Part shown: positions 1 to 10,556 of the stretch, in pieces
How positions within the stretch are numbered: position 1 is the stretch's first letter
Layout of the letters: every line of letters begins with the position of its first letter
DNA from: an uncultured Clostridia bacterium
GTDB taxonomy: Bacteria > Bacillota > Clostridia > Oscillospirales > Butyricicoccaceae
DNA: 64,000 nt
Assembly (NCBI GenBank): GCA_910589115.1
Contig: CAJUSB010000001.1
Coordinates: forward strand, 138,442 to 202,441
Direction: 5' to 3'
Notes under the pieces: model-generated
Told to the model about the DNA's origin: nothing
The model's database searches: none
The model's input: only the letters and a program-made list of their open reading frames with translations
Program-made: the position numbers and the translations under genes

Positions 1-1
1 G

Positions 2-877
2 TTTAACCTGGTTGAACTCGAAGGGAAGAGCATGACACCGGAGGCGCTTAGTGATGCAATCGAAAGTTATCCGGCTATGGCCGAACGCAAACTGGTCGTA
101 GTGACAGATTTTGATCTTTATAAGGCGCCAGCTGCTTTTCAGCCAGTGATTGAAACGATTTTGACGGATTTGCCGGAATATATTTGTCTGGTATTCTATT
201 ACGATATTTTAGAATTCAAGCCGGATAAACGTACAAAGGTACATCAGCGACTGGAAAAGACGGCCTGTATTGCAGAGTTCTCCCGAATGGAAGAGCGTGA
301 GCTGATTTCCTGGCTGCGCCGCCGGTTCCGTGAGCTTGGGAAGACAATAGATGACGGTACTTGTTCCTATATGTTATTCCTGTGCGGAAATTCCATGACC
401 AATCTGGTAGGGGAAATCGAAAAGGCTGCGGCCTTTGCAACGGTTGAAAAAATCACACAGTATCATATTGACGCTGTATGCACCCGGGTGCTGGATGCTG
501 TTGTGTTTGATCTAACAGATGCCATTTCGGCACAGCGGTTTGATAAGGCAGTTGCACTTGTAAATGACTTAATTGCGCAGAAAAATAATGAGATTACAAT
601 TTTCACTACGATTATCCGACACATTCAGCGTCTTTATGCTGCAAAATTGAATACAGAAGCCCGGGGCGGGGAATCGTCACTATTTGAATTGCTTGGCACG
701 CATTCCTCCTACTATGCACGCCAAATCGTGAATGCTTCCCGAAAAACAACGCTCCCATGGCTGCGGAATGCGGCAAAAATATGTGGAGAAACCGATACGC
801 TGTTGAAGAGCAGTGCAGCAGACCGTCAAAAGCTGCTGGAGCTGGCAATTTTAGGTATGGCAGGGGGGATGTCATGA
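2..877 (+). CDS. holA: DNA polymerase III delta subunit (5' truncated by window edge)
   Basis: Frame open from base 2; motifs P(AM)AERKLVVV, EIEK, VFDLTDAI and a C-terminal D..LKS..DRQKLLE typical of HolA. Confidence 0.9.
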   Translation, partial: FNLVELEGKSMTPEALSDAIESYPAMAERKLVVVTDFDLYKAPAAFQPVIETILTDLPEYICLVFYYDILEFKPDKRTKVHQRLEKTACIAEFSRMEERELISWLRRRFRELGKTIDDGTCSYMLFLCGNSMTNLVGEIEKAAAFATVEKITQYHIDAVCTRVLDAVVFDLTDAISAQRFDKAVALVNDLIAQKNNEITIFTTIIRHIQRLYAAKLNTEARGGESSLFELLGTHSSYYARQIVNASRKTTLPWLRNAAKICGETDTLLKSSAADRQKLLELAILGMAGGMS

Positions 878-1467
878 TACGGATTCGTGAAGCCGTCCTG
901 GTTGAGGGACGGTATGATGTGAATACGCTTCGGCAAATCGTTGATACCGTTGTATTGGAAACGGGTGGTTTTCGCATTTTCAATGATGAGGATAGACTGC
1001 GCCTGATCCGGCGAATTGCAGCAGTTCGCGGACTGATTATATTGACCGACAGTGACGGGGCAGGGTTTGTCATTCGTAACTATCTGAAAGGGGCATTGCC
1101 AAAGGAGCAGGTCAAACAAGCCTATATTCCTGACATTGCAGGCAAGGAACCGCGTAAACGAAAGGGTTCCAGGGAAGGGAAGCTCGGTGTAGAGGGAATG
1201 CGGCCGGAAATTATACAAAAAGCGCTGATAAATGCCGGTGCAACCATTTTGGATGGGGAACCCGCTGAATTGAACAAAATAAATCTAATTACAAAAGCTG
1301 ACCTGTATGCTTATGGTCTTTCCGGCGGGCAGGGAAGTGCAGAACGGAGACGGATGCTGCTGAAACGTCTTGAGCTTCCCGAACATATGACGGCAAATGC
1401 ACTGCTTGAATATATTAACGCTGTTTCCACAAAAGAAGAGCTGGAACAAATTATCAAGTCAGTATAA
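874..1467 (+). CDS. rnmV: Ribonuclease M5 (Toprim + DUF4093-like)
   Basis: ATG 874 overlaps the holA stop; VEGRYD, ILTDSDGAG and GVEG motifs. Confidence 0.9.
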   Translation: MIRIREAVLVEGRYDVNTLRQIVDTVVLETGGFRIFNDEDRLRLIRRIAAVRGLIILTDSDGAGFVIRNYLKGALPKEQVKQAYIPDIAGKEPRKRKGSREGKLGVEGMRPEIIQKALINAGATILDGEPAELNKINLITKADLYAYGLSGGQGSAERRRMLLKRLELPEHMTANALLEYINAVSTKEELEQIIKSV

Positions 1468-1537
1468 AGGAAATTGCTTTACATATTTTGTACAGTTGAT
1501 GGGAACAATTTAAGGATAATCATATGGAGGGAACAAA

Positions 1538-2158
1538 ATGACGAAAACCAGTAAGATCACATACACGGCGATTTTTGCTGCTTTTTCATCTGTGTTGATG
1601 TATTTTGAATTTCCACTGCCATTTATGCCACCTTTTTTACAGGTCGATTTAAGCGGAGTGGCAGTGCTGATTGGAGCATTTATATTTGGTATCCGTTCAG
1701 GTATCTGTATGATCCTGATTAAGGATTTAATTCACCTGACCAAATCTGCTACCGGTGGATCAGGTGAATTAGCTGATTTCCTGATGATGACAGCGTTAAT
1801 TGTGGTTGCGGTTACGATTTACCAGCGGAGCCGGACGCGCAAGGCTGCTGTGTCCGGTTGCCTGATTGGAACGGTCGGAATGGCTTTTGTAGGAATGCTG
1901 ACCAATTATTTTCTGATTATTCCATATTATATTGTTGCAATGGGCTGGCCGATAGAAACAATTCTCGATTTGTGTGCACAGGTGAACCCATATATCGGCA
2001 GTATGTGGGGGTATCTTCTGCTCGGTGTTCTTCCGTTTAATTTAATAAAAGGCTTGATTATCACCATAATCACACTGCTGGCATATAAAAAGTTATCAAT
2101 TTTTATTAAGTCCAAACAAATTACATTTGGACACACGCATGGAACAACAAAAGCATAA
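1538..2158 (+). CDS. ECF transporter S component (RibU-like, probably riboflavin)
   Basis: EFPLPFMPPFLQVDLS, GGSGELADF and PFNLIKG motifs; about 6 TM segments; RBS GGAGG. Confidence 0.8.
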   Translation: MTKTSKITYTAIFAAFSSVLMYFEFPLPFMPPFLQVDLSGVAVLIGAFIFGIRSGICMILIKDLIHLTKSATGGSGELADFLMMTALIVVAVTIYQRSRTRKAAVSGCLIGTVGMAFVGMLTNYFLIIPYYIVAMGWPIETILDLCAQVNPYIGSMWGYLLLGVLPFNLIKGLIITIITLLAYKKLSIFIKSKQITFGHTHGTTKA

Positions 2159-2163
2159 ACACT

Positions 2164-2203
2164 CATCAAAACCCTCAGCGAGCAGTCACTGAGGGTTTTG
2201 ATG
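2164..2203. terminator. Hairpin terminator between the convergent ECF gene and leuB
   Basis: 15-bp perfect inverted repeat CATCAAAACCCTCAG / CTGAGGGTTTTGATG. Confidence 0.8.
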
Positions 2204-2390
2204 GTGAATTCGTAAATCCACCTTCCCTTAATTATACAAAATCTTTATTTTGTATAATTTTATGTCATGTGATTTTAAGTGCTCTTTCACCTGTCTCCCC
2301 TGTACCTGCTGAAAGGAATTTAAGCATAAAAATAAAATACAGGCTCCACGGTATTCGCCGCAGAAGCCTGCATTTTTCAGAAGTATGATA

Positions 2391-3467
2391 TTAAAGATTG
2401 TTTCTGATGTTTGCGCCCATTTCGCTGGTTGTGAGCACAGTTTCGCCAGTATGTGCAATATCAGCCGTGCGGCAGCCGTCATTAAGTGTTTTTTCAACAG
2501 CAGCTTCGATTGCAGCAGCTTCCGCAGTCAATCCGAATGAATATCTCAGCATCATAGCGCATGACAGGATGGTTGCAATCGGGTTAGCAATGCCTTTCCC
2601 AGCGATATCCGGCGCAGAACCGTGAATTGGCTCGTACATTCCCCGGCCAGTCTCTCCAATGGAAGCCGATGGCAGCATACCGATCGAACCAGTAATCATA
2701 GAGGCTTCGTCCGAAAGGATATCACCGAACAAGTTGCCTGTCACAATAACATCAAATTGTCCCGGATTACGTACCAACTGCATTGCTGCATTATCAACAT
2801 ACATATGGTTAAGCGTTACATCAGGATATTCCCCCGCTACACGGGTCACTGTTTCACGCCACACTCGAGAGGTTTCTAATACGTTGGATTTGTCAACGCT
2901 GGTTACTTTTTTAGAGCGGACCCGCGCCATTTCAAACGCACGGCGGGCAATTCGTTCCACCTCGTATACCGAGTAATTCATGTCGTCGCAGCCCATTTCA
3001 CCCCAGCCGCAGTCGCTTTCTTTGCGGTAATGCTTTCCAAAATAAACGTCACCGGTCAGTTCGCGGCAAACTACGATATCAAACCCTTCCCCAATGATTT
3101 CGGGTTTGATTGGACATGCATCAGCAAGTGCTTTATACATCATCGCAGGACGGATATTTGCAAACAGTCCCAGGCTTTCCCGCAGGCCAAGCAATGCCTT
3201 TTCCGGACGCTTGTCAGACGGTACACCATCCCACTTGGGGCCGCCGACTGCACCCAGCAGCACAGAATCCGCTGCTTTACAAATGTCAATCGTCTCCTGC
3301 GTCAGAGGGATGCCGTTGGCATCAATGGAACAGCCGCCTGCAAGCACTTCCTGAAAATCGAATGTATGTCCGAACTTCTCCCCTACTTTTTCAAGCGTGA
3401 GCATTGCCTCGGTTACAATTTCAGGACCGATCCCATCTCCCTTAATAACTGCAATTCGATACCGCAT
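2391..3467 (-). CDS. leuB: 3-isopropylmalate dehydrogenase
   Basis: GDGIGPE, NLFGDILSD and EPIHGSAPDIAG motifs. Confidence 0.97.
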   Translation of the reverse strand: MRYRIAVIKGDGIGPEIVTEAMLTLEKVGEKFGHTFDFQEVLAGGCSIDANGIPLTQETIDICKAADSVLLGAVGGPKWDGVPSDKRPEKALLGLRESLGLFANIRPAMMYKALADACPIKPEIIGEGFDIVVCRELTGDVYFGKHYRKESDCGWGEMGCDDMNYSVYEVERIARRAFEMARVRSKKVTSVDKSNVLETSRVWRETVTRVAGEYPDVTLNHMYVDNAAMQLVRNPGQFDVIVTGNLFGDILSDEASMITGSIGMLPSASIGETGRGMYEPIHGSAPDIAGKGIANPIATILSCAMMLRYSFGLTAEAAAIEAAVEKTLNDGCRTADIAHTGETVLTTSEMGANIRNNL

Positions 3468-3470
3468 GGA

Positions 3471-3962
3471 TCATGCTCCCCTTTCCTTCAGCGACTTCAA
3501 AAGGCCGCCAGCTTTGATAATACTCTGGATAAAGGGAGGAAAGGCTGCTGCCTGATAGGTTTCCCCTCTCGTCTCGTTTGTAATGACACCAGTATCAAAA
3601 TCAACAGAAACCTGATCCCCAGCTTGAATGGCATTTGCAGCCGCTTCACACTCAAGAATCGGCAGGCCGATATTGATTGCATTCCGATAGAAAATGCGTG
3701 CAAAAGAGGTCGCAATGACACAGGAAACCTGATTTTCCCGCAAGACCAGCGGCGCATGTTCACGCGAAGAACCACAGCCAAAATTCCGGGTTGCCACCAC
3801 AATGTCGCCGGGCTGTACCTTCTTGACAAATTCGGTATCAATATCCTCCATTGCATGACTGGAGAGTTCCTTTACATCGGCAATATTCAGATAGCGCGCC
3901 GGGATAATCACATCGGTATCCACGTTGTCGCCGTATTTAAAAACAGTACCATTTACAACCAT
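3471..3962 (-). CDS. leuD: 3-isopropylmalate dehydratase small subunit
   Basis: [18 protein letters not shown] and [11 protein letters not shown] motifs; ATG 3962 lies 7 nt after AGGAGG. Confidence 0.95.
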   Translation of the reverse strand: MVVNGTVFKYGDNVDTDVIIPARYLNIADVKELSSHAMEDIDTEFVKKVQPGDIVVATRNFGCGSSREHAPLVLRENQVSCVIATSFARIFYRNAINIGLPILECEAAANAIQAGDQVSVDFDTGVITNETRGETYQAAAFPPFIQSIIKAGGLLKSLKERGA

Positions 3963-3976
3963 TTTCAAACCTCCTA

Positions 3977-5236
3977 TTAAAGATCCTCGGGCGAGCAGAT
4001 GCAGCCCTTGACCGCAGAAGCCGCTGCGACTGCCGGGCTGGCCAGATAAATTTCCGAGGTAATATGCCCCATGCGGCCTACAAAATTACGATTTGTGGTA
4101 GAAACCGAACGCTCCCCCTGTGCCAGTACGCCCATATGGCCGCCAAGGCACGGGCCACAGGTCGGAGTTGAAACAATAGCACCCGCCTGGATAAAGATTT
4201 TTGCAAGTCCCTCCTCAATACACTGGAGATAGACTGCCTGTGTTGCCGGAATGATAATTGTCCGCACACCGGGAGCAACATGCCGCCCTTTCAGGATATC
4301 AGCAGCAATACGCATATCATCAATACGGCCGTTGGTGCATGAACCAATGACACACTGCTGAATCTCAATGTGCCCAATTTCATCTGTCGTCTTGGTATTC
4401 TCCGGCAAATGCGGACATGCAACGGTCGGCCGCAGCGTGGAAAGATCAATTTCAACTGTTTTGGTGTATTCCGCATCTGAATCCGCTTCAAATACTTGAA
4501 TATTGCGCTTTACACGGCCTCCAATGTAGTCAAGCGTCGCCTGATCCACTGGGAAAATGCCATTTTTTGCACCAGCTTCAATCGCCATATTGCAGATGGT
4601 AAAGCGGTCATCCATTGAGAGGGACTGCACGCCCTCCCCTGTGAATTCCATCGACTGATACAGTGCGCCATCTACGCCGATCAGTCCAATAATATGCAGG
4701 ATGACATCCTTCCCGGAAATCCAGGGAGCCTTTCTCCCCTTTAATACAAACTGTATCGCTGAAGGCACTTTGAACCAGGCTTTTCCAGTGGCCATACCGG
4801 CTGCAAGGTCGGTTGAACCAACGCCAGTTGAAAACGCTCCCAGTGCGCCATAAGTACAGGTATGCGAGTCAGCGCCAATAATCAGCTCCCCCGGAGCCGT
4901 CAGCCCCTTTTCGGGCAGCAACGCATGTTCGATGCCCATTTCTCCGACATCAAAGAAATTCGTAATCCCATGCTTTTTGGCAAATTCACGGCATTCCAAG
5001 CACTGCTGTGCCGACTTAATATCCTTGTTCGGTGTAAAATGATCCATAACCAGGGCAATCTTCTGGTTATCAAACACACGGTCAAATCCTGCTTTCTCAA
5101 GCTCACGGATCGCGACCGGCCCCGTAATATCATTTGCAAGATTCAAATCTACATTGGCTTCGATCAGCTGCCCAGCGGCAACCGATTCCAGCCCGGCATG
5201 ATGCGCAAGGATTTTCTGCGTCATCGTCATTCCCAT
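3977..5236 (-). CDS. leuC: 3-isopropylmalate dehydratase large subunit (short clostridial/archaeal type)
   Basis: [22 protein letters not shown] and STTNRNF motifs. Confidence 0.96.
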   Translation of the reverse strand: MGMTMTQKILAHHAGLESVAAGQLIEANVDLNLANDITGPVAIRELEKAGFDRVFDNQKIALVMDHFTPNKDIKSAQQCLECREFAKKHGITNFFDVGEMGIEHALLPEKGLTAPGELIIGADSHTCTYGALGAFSTGVGSTDLAAGMATGKAWFKVPSAIQFVLKGRKAPWISGKDVILHIIGLIGVDGALYQSMEFTGEGVQSLSMDDRFTICNMAIEAGAKNGIFPVDQATLDYIGGRVKRNIQVFEADSDAEYTKTVEIDLSTLRPTVACPHLPENTKTTDEIGHIEIQQCVIGSCTNGRIDDMRIAADILKGRHVAPGVRTIIIPATQAVYLQCIEEGLAKIFIQAGAIVSTPTCGPCLGGHMGVLAQGERSVSTTNRNFVGRMGHITSEIYLASPAVAAASAVKGCICSPEDL

Positions 5237-5254
5237 GTGAAAAGCTCCTTTCCC

Positions 5255-6763
5255 TTATTCGTTAAAATATTTATTGATACCGTTTACATATGCCTTGATT
5301 GAGGCCTCGATCACGTCAGTAGAAACGCCGCGCCCAGTGACCCACTCGCTGCCGTCCAGGGATATCTTGACAATCGCTTCACCCTGCGCGTCCTCACCTT
5401 CAGTAATCGCGTTGAGCGAATAATCCTCCAGGATGAAATCCTTGCCGACAATTTTATTAAGAGCGCGGTAAGCTGCATTGATTGGGCCATCAGATGCTGC
5501 TACCCGTTCGCAGATATCATCACCGTGCTTCAGACGGATAACCGCCGTTGAGGTAATGGCATTGCCAGAGTTAATAACAAAGTTGACCAGTGTGTAGCGC
5601 TCGCTTCCTGAAACTGGTACCGCACCAATAATCGCTTCCAGGTCGCGATCCTTAATGGTCTTTTTCTTGTCGGCAAGTATCTTAAACTTGTCAAATGCCT
5701 TATCAATCTTTTCTTTGGTGAGCGTATAGCCCAATGCGAGCAGCCGGTCTTCAAAAGCGTGACGCCCTGAATGCTTGCCCAGTACGATTGCATTCTGCGG
5801 GATTCCCACCGATTCCGGCGTCATGATTTCATAAGTTTCCTTATTTGCGAGCACGCCATGCTGATGGATACCCGATTCATGCGCAAACGCATTTGCACCT
5901 ACAACGGCCTTTGTGGGTGCAACCGGTACACCGGTTATTGTCTGGATCATGCGGCTTGCACGGTAAATCTGATTGGTAATGATATTTGTGTCGCAGCCAA
6001 AGAACCCCTTCCGGGTATGCATTGCCATGACACATTCTTCCATAGAAGCATTGCCTGCACGTTCACCGATACCATTGATGGTGCATTCGATCTGTCCAAT
6101 CCCTGCCTTTACACCGGCCAGGGTGTTGGCTACCGCCATACCAAGGTCATCGTGGCAGTGGCAGGACAGGGTAACATTTTCGACCCCTTTCACATGCTCA
6201 CGGACATACCGCACCCGTTCGGCATATTCTTCCGGAAGGACATAGCCGACAGTGTCCGGGATGTTCAGCGTGGTCGCCCCTGCTTCGATTGCAGTCTCAA
6301 ACACACGGCACAGAAAATCCGGTTCAGAACGGGTTGCATCTTCTGCTGAAAATTCAATATCCTCGCAGTAATTCCTTGCATATGCAACGTGGTGGCGGAC
6401 ACTTTCCAGCACCTCTTCCCCACTCATTTTCAGCTTGTACTCCATATGCACCGGAGATGTCGCAATAAAGATATGAATACGCTTCTTTTTTGCGTGCTGA
6501 ACAGCATTCCATGCCGCATCAATATCCTTCTCCGTACAGCGTGCCAGAGAACAAACTACTGCATTTTGAACGGTGTCTGCGATTGCAGCGATTGCAGCCG
6601 CATCGCCGGGCGAAGCAATCGCAAAACCCGCTTCGATAATATCAACGCCCATAGCATCCAGCTGACGCGCAACCTCAATTTTTTCGTTCAGGTTCATGCT
6701 GCATCCGGGCGACTGTTCGCCGTCGCGCAGGGTCGTGTCGAAAATTTTCACCTTTTTTTCCAT
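5255..6763 (-). CDS. leuA: 2-isopropylmalate synthase
   Basis: [22 protein letters not shown] and AHESGIHQ motifs; ATG 6763 follows GGAGG. Confidence 0.96.
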   Translation of the reverse strand: MEKKVKIFDTTLRDGEQSPGCSMNLNEKIEVARQLDAMGVDIIEAGFAIASPGDAAAIAAIADTVQNAVVCSLARCTEKDIDAAWNAVQHAKKKRIHIFIATSPVHMEYKLKMSGEEVLESVRHHVAYARNYCEDIEFSAEDATRSEPDFLCRVFETAIEAGATTLNIPDTVGYVLPEEYAERVRYVREHVKGVENVTLSCHCHDDLGMAVANTLAGVKAGIGQIECTINGIGERAGNASMEECVMAMHTRKGFFGCDTNIITNQIYRASRMIQTITGVPVAPTKAVVGANAFAHESGIHQHGVLANKETYEIMTPESVGIPQNAIVLGKHSGRHAFEDRLLALGYTLTKEKIDKAFDKFKILADKKKTIKDRDLEAIIGAVPVSGSERYTLVNFVINSGNAITSTAVIRLKHGDDICERVAASDGPINAAYRALNKIVGKDFILEDYSLNAITEGEDAQGEAIVKISLDGSEWVTGRGVSTDVIEASIKAYVNGINKYFNE

Positions 6764-6806
6764 TCGTAAAGTCCTCCATTCTACATCACTTGGATTGATT
6801 CGGGAC

Positions 6807-7072
6807 AAAAAAAGCTTCGTCCCTTATTCTACAAAGAGACGAAGCATAAAACTCCGCGTTACCACTCTTCTTGCCGCAGAACTCCGCGGCCACTCAGCGC
6901 ATATCAAACAATATGCCTCCCCTTTAACGGTGGGATAACCGGCCGCACCTACAGGCTTTCGCGTTCAGCGGGCAGCTCCCGGGCGAGTTTCACAGCCTTC
7001 TGCCGCCGTTTTCCACCTGCCAACGGCTCTCTGAGGACTTCCCTGCTGTTACTTTACCCATTCATCACATTT
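6807..7072 (-). promoter_or_regulatory. T-box riboswitch (Leu, specifier CUC) with intrinsic terminator
   Basis: Minus strand: AGAGA and GGTGGAA stem I motifs, GAAA-CTC-GCC specifier (6985-6987), T-box AGAGTGGTAACGCG, then GCTTCGTC..GACGAAGC followed by a T tract. Confidence 0.92.
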
Positions 7073-7088
7073 CAGAAATCTATTATTC

Positions 7089-7117
7089 ATTTTATAGAAT
7101 CCCGCACATATTGTCAA
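7089..7117 (-). promoter_or_regulatory. sigA promoter of the leu operon
   Basis: TTGACA-17-TAAAAT. Confidence 0.8.
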
Positions 7118-7156
7118 GACCTTTTTTAAATTTTCTTAAACCTCCCTGCATTTTAC

Positions 7157-7185
7157 TTGCAAGAACCCCAGGAATGTTGTATGAT
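7157..7185 (+). promoter_or_regulatory. sigA promoter, divergent from leu
   Basis: TTGCAA-17-TATGAT. Confidence 0.65.
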
Positions 7186-7222
7186 GGAAAGCAGAGGATT
7201 CTTGCCTATGGGGGAATATAAC

Positions 7223-7903
7223 ATGGAGGCAATTTTTGAGATTACCGCAGACCGGCTTCAAGCCCTGCCGCAAAAGGAATTAAATAATCAGATCCGCTGT
7301 GCATTGGAGATGCGGACCGAGCTGCTTTCACGTCAGCGGCTGCCTGGCACATGGAAGACGGTCGATTATTTGCGGCGGGTTCCCCGTGCATCGGAAACAA
7401 CACTAAAAAAGCGGCGCGGACGGACCCAAGTTTGGGCAGTTGTCTGCCTGATGCTGGGCACGCTTGCATTTCTCGCCGGCACGGCAGAACCCAAAGACTT
7501 TTTGATGACGGTGATAGGTGCAGTATCGATTTGTCTTAGCTTTTTCCACCTGATGGGCGGACGAAAAAAACAAAAAGAATCATTCACAGAACCGGCAAGG
7601 CGAATGCTTGACAGTCTGTTTACCCTTCCTGAGACGGTGACGCTGCGGGCCTATTTTTCCATTGGAGAAATGATCTTGGAGGATATCACCTCCGGCACAG
7701 CAGAAAACCGCAGGCTCATCCCCTGCGAGGCATTTGAATGCGCGGTCGAAACGGACGGGCTTTATTTGCTTGCATATGCCGGAAAAGGCATTATTTTGCC
7801 TAAAAACTGCCTGACCGATGGAACGGATGAACGTTTCCGTGCGTTTTTGAATTCCCGGACGATTGTTGCGGATCTGACCGCCCGTCCAGCAGATAATTCG
7901 TAA
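7223..7903 (+). CDS. Membrane protein, YcxB-like C-terminal domain
   Basis: Two TM helices followed by ETDGLYLL..IILPK; RBS GGGGGA. Confidence 0.6.
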   Translation: MEAIFEITADRLQALPQKELNNQIRCALEMRTELLSRQRLPGTWKTVDYLRRVPRASETTLKKRRGRTQVWAVVCLMLGTLAFLAGTAEPKDFLMTVIGAVSICLSFFHLMGGRKKQKESFTEPARRMLDSLFTLPETVTLRAYFSIGEMILEDITSGTAENRRLIPCEAFECAVETDGLYLLAYAGKGIILPKNCLTDGTDERFRAFLNSRTIVADLTARPADNS

Positions 7904-7915
7904 AAGGAGGCTGTT

Positions 7916-8494
7916 ATGGAAGCCATACAAGCCCTGGATATCCAAATTTTATACTGGCTGGCTGATTATTTTCGTAATGACATACTAACGCCTATATTGA
8001 CATTTCTTACCCATTTATGTGATCATGGTGAGCTGTGGCTGACTCTGGCACTGGTGCTGCTTCTGCGTCCGCGCACAAGGCGCTGCGGGACGGCAATCCT
8101 TTTGGCGATGGCGCTCGGTTTGATACTGGGCAACGGCGTACTGAAAAACCTAATCGCCCGTCCAAGGCCGTTTATCACATACACTGAACTGGTGCCGCTG
8201 GTTCAGGTTGGAGGATACTCCTGCCCTTCCGGGCATACACTGGCATCCTTTACAGCGGCAGCAGCGGTATTCAGTTTCTATAAGAAGCCAGGTGCGGCAG
8301 CCCTCCTGCTGGCGGCGCTGATTGGATTTACCAGACTGTATGTCGGCGTGCATTATCCTACAGACGTTCTCTTTGGCGCAGCACTCGGAATTCTTTTCGG
8401 CACGCTTTCGGCTGCCGCCGTGAAACGGATTGCTGTAAATTTACACTATGCGCGGCTGAAACGCGCGGATATACCGGAGAAAAAGCAGAAATGA
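7916..8494 (+). CDS. PAP2 family phosphatase (undecaprenyl-PP phosphatase-like)
   Basis: K..IARPRP, SCPSGH and RLYVGVHYPTDV motifs. Confidence 0.9.
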   Translation: MEAIQALDIQILYWLADYFRNDILTPILTFLTHLCDHGELWLTLALVLLLRPRTRRCGTAILLAMALGLILGNGVLKNLIARPRPFITYTELVPLVQVGGYSCPSGHTLASFTAAAAVFSFYKKPGAAALLLAALIGFTRLYVGVHYPTDVLFGAALGILFGTLSAAAVKRIAVNLHYARLKRADIPEKKQK

Positions 8495-9909
8495 ACAGAT
8501 ATCAAAAGCTACTCGGAAATACCATGATTTTTGCAATCGGCACGTTCAGCTCTAAACTGCTCGTGTTCGTAATGAACCACTTTTACACAGCAGCGCTGAC
8601 AAAGCCGGAATATGCGGTCGCCAATATTATCATTTTGGTTTCCAACATTATTATTCCGGTTGCGTCACTTGGGATTGCAAATGCAGTGATCCGTTACGGT
8701 GTCGATCAGTCGAATGACCGTTCTGAGGTATTCAGCATCAGCATCCTGACAGTATTGGGCGGCGTAATGCTGCTGCTCCCCTTCTATCCGCTGATTGGGC
8801 CGGTACTCCAGCATTTTTTGCCGGAATCAGAAATTTTGCCAAGCTATGTGGTAATGATTTACCTCTATGTGTTTGTTTCTTCTATCCAGTCGGTGTGTTC
8901 GCAATTTGTCCGAGCGTTGGGACATGTGCGGCTGTATGCGCTGGATGGCGTTTTCCGCACGGTAATGACCGTTGTATTTAATATTCTCTTTTTAAGCGTA
9001 TGGAAAATCGGTATCCCTGGTTTTGTTCTGTCCGTTGTTTGTTCAGACGGTTTGACGGTAATTGCACTGTGCTTTATCGAAAGACTCCCCCGTTATTTCC
9101 GTCCAACAGCCTACCGTCTGGCGCTTGCCAAGTCTATGTATCGTTATGCGGCGCCGCTGATTATGACAACAATCTGCGTATGGATTTTCAGCAGTTCAGA
9201 CCAGTTTTTTATTTCCTGGCTGACAGGTGAAGCAACCGCGGCCGTCTTTATGGCATCCTATAAAATCCCTACTATTTTGACGGTTGTTTCCGGCATTTTT
9301 ATTGAAGCATGGCAGCTTTCTACCTTTACAAATAATACGTATGAAGAGCAGGTCGATTTCTTTTCCAAGGTTGGAAATGCATACCAAGCTATCATTTTTA
9401 TGATGGCTTCCGGTGTTGTGATGTTCAGCCGGATCGGCATGGCAATCATTGCTGTCCCCTCCTATTTTGAAGGCTGGCGGTATATTCCCCTTTTGATTTT
9501 TGCTACAGGCTTCTGCTGTCTGTCAAATTTTGCAAACAGTGTTTATGCACTGTATAAAAAGACGATTTTTTCATTTGTTTCAGCAGTTGGCGGTGCGATT
9601 GCAAACCTGATTCTGAATTACGTACTCATTAAACGATTTGGCGGAAACGGCGCCGCATTCTCCACGCTGTTATGTTATATCGGGATGTTCCTTGCACGCG
9701 CAGTCCATTCCAGACGATATCTCGAAATCAGGTGGAAGGTTGGCCGTTTTGCAGGAACTTTCCTGCTGTTATGTGCACAGAGTGCGCTGGCGCTGCTGTA
9801 TGAAGGGCCTTTCTGGTATCCCATCCAGTTGGCTATGTTCTTACTTATTTGCGCGGCGAATGCACAGGATATCTTTTTAAGCATTAAAAAAGTGCTTCGA
9901 CGGGCCTGA
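8491..9909 (+). CDS. Wzx-type polysaccharide flippase (MOP superfamily)
   Basis: N-terminal NTMIFAIGTFSSKLL; about 12-14 TM segments. Confidence 0.85.
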   Translation: MNRYQKLLGNTMIFAIGTFSSKLLVFVMNHFYTAALTKPEYAVANIIILVSNIIIPVASLGIANAVIRYGVDQSNDRSEVFSISILTVLGGVMLLLPFYPLIGPVLQHFLPESEILPSYVVMIYLYVFVSSIQSVCSQFVRALGHVRLYALDGVFRTVMTVVFNILFLSVWKIGIPGFVLSVVCSDGLTVIALCFIERLPRYFRPTAYRLALAKSMYRYAAPLIMTTICVWIFSSSDQFFISWLTGEATAAVFMASYKIPTILTVVSGIFIEAWQLSTFTNNTYEEQVDFFSKVGNAYQAIIFMMASGVVMFSRIGMAIIAVPSYFEGWRYIPLLIFATGFCCLSNFANSVYALYKKTIFSFVSAVGGAIANLILNYVLIKRFGGNGAAFSTLLCYIGMFLARAVHSRRYLEIRWKVGRFAGTFLLLCAQSALALLYEGPFWYPIQLAMFLLICAANAQDIFLSIKKVLRRA

Positions 9910-9924
9910 AAGGAGGAACACTTC

Positions 9925-10373
9925 ATGAAAATTGCAATCGTTTATTACTCCAGCCACCATGGCAATACCAAAAGGCTTTTGGATGCTGTTTGTGCCGAGA
10001 ATCATGACATTGTTTTAATCAATGCTGCCGCCTCCCCCATTACAGAGAGAGCTGTCAGACTATGATTTGATTGGCTTTGCCTCCGGCATTTATTATTCAA
10101 AATTTCATGACACGGTTCTCCGATTTGCAGAGCAAACGCTCAAAAAGGGGCAAAAGGTATTTTTTCTCTATTACTTGCGGCATGAAGAATCCCCGTTATA
10201 CAGCGGCCATACAGTCTGCCGCAGAGAAAAAAGGTGCGGTTATTGCCGGAAGCTATGGCTGCCGTGGGTTCGATACCTTCGGCCCATGGAAACTGATTGG
10301 CGGTATTGCAAAGGGACATCCCGATCAATCTGACATTGCGGGTGCAGTGAAATTTTTACAGAGTATGCCTTAA
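9925..10373 (+). pseudogene. Flavodoxin-like protein broken by two +1 frameshifts
   Basis: Strong RBS then MKIAIVYYSSHHGNT (frame 1); DLIGFASGIYY (frame 2); TCG..CRGFDTFGPWKLIGGIAKGHP (frame 3). Confidence 0.8.
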
Positions 10374-10556
10374 AACCTTAACCTTGGAATATTTATGGAA
10401 TAAAATAAAAAAATATAACTTTGCAAAACAAAATTTTCAATACCCCCTTCATTTTCTCAGAATTTATGGTATACTGTTAATAGGAGGCTGGACAGGCCTG
10501 CCCGGGCTTGTCCGTTTTTGGGAATACAAAACCAAGAGAATGAGGAGGAGCTAATT

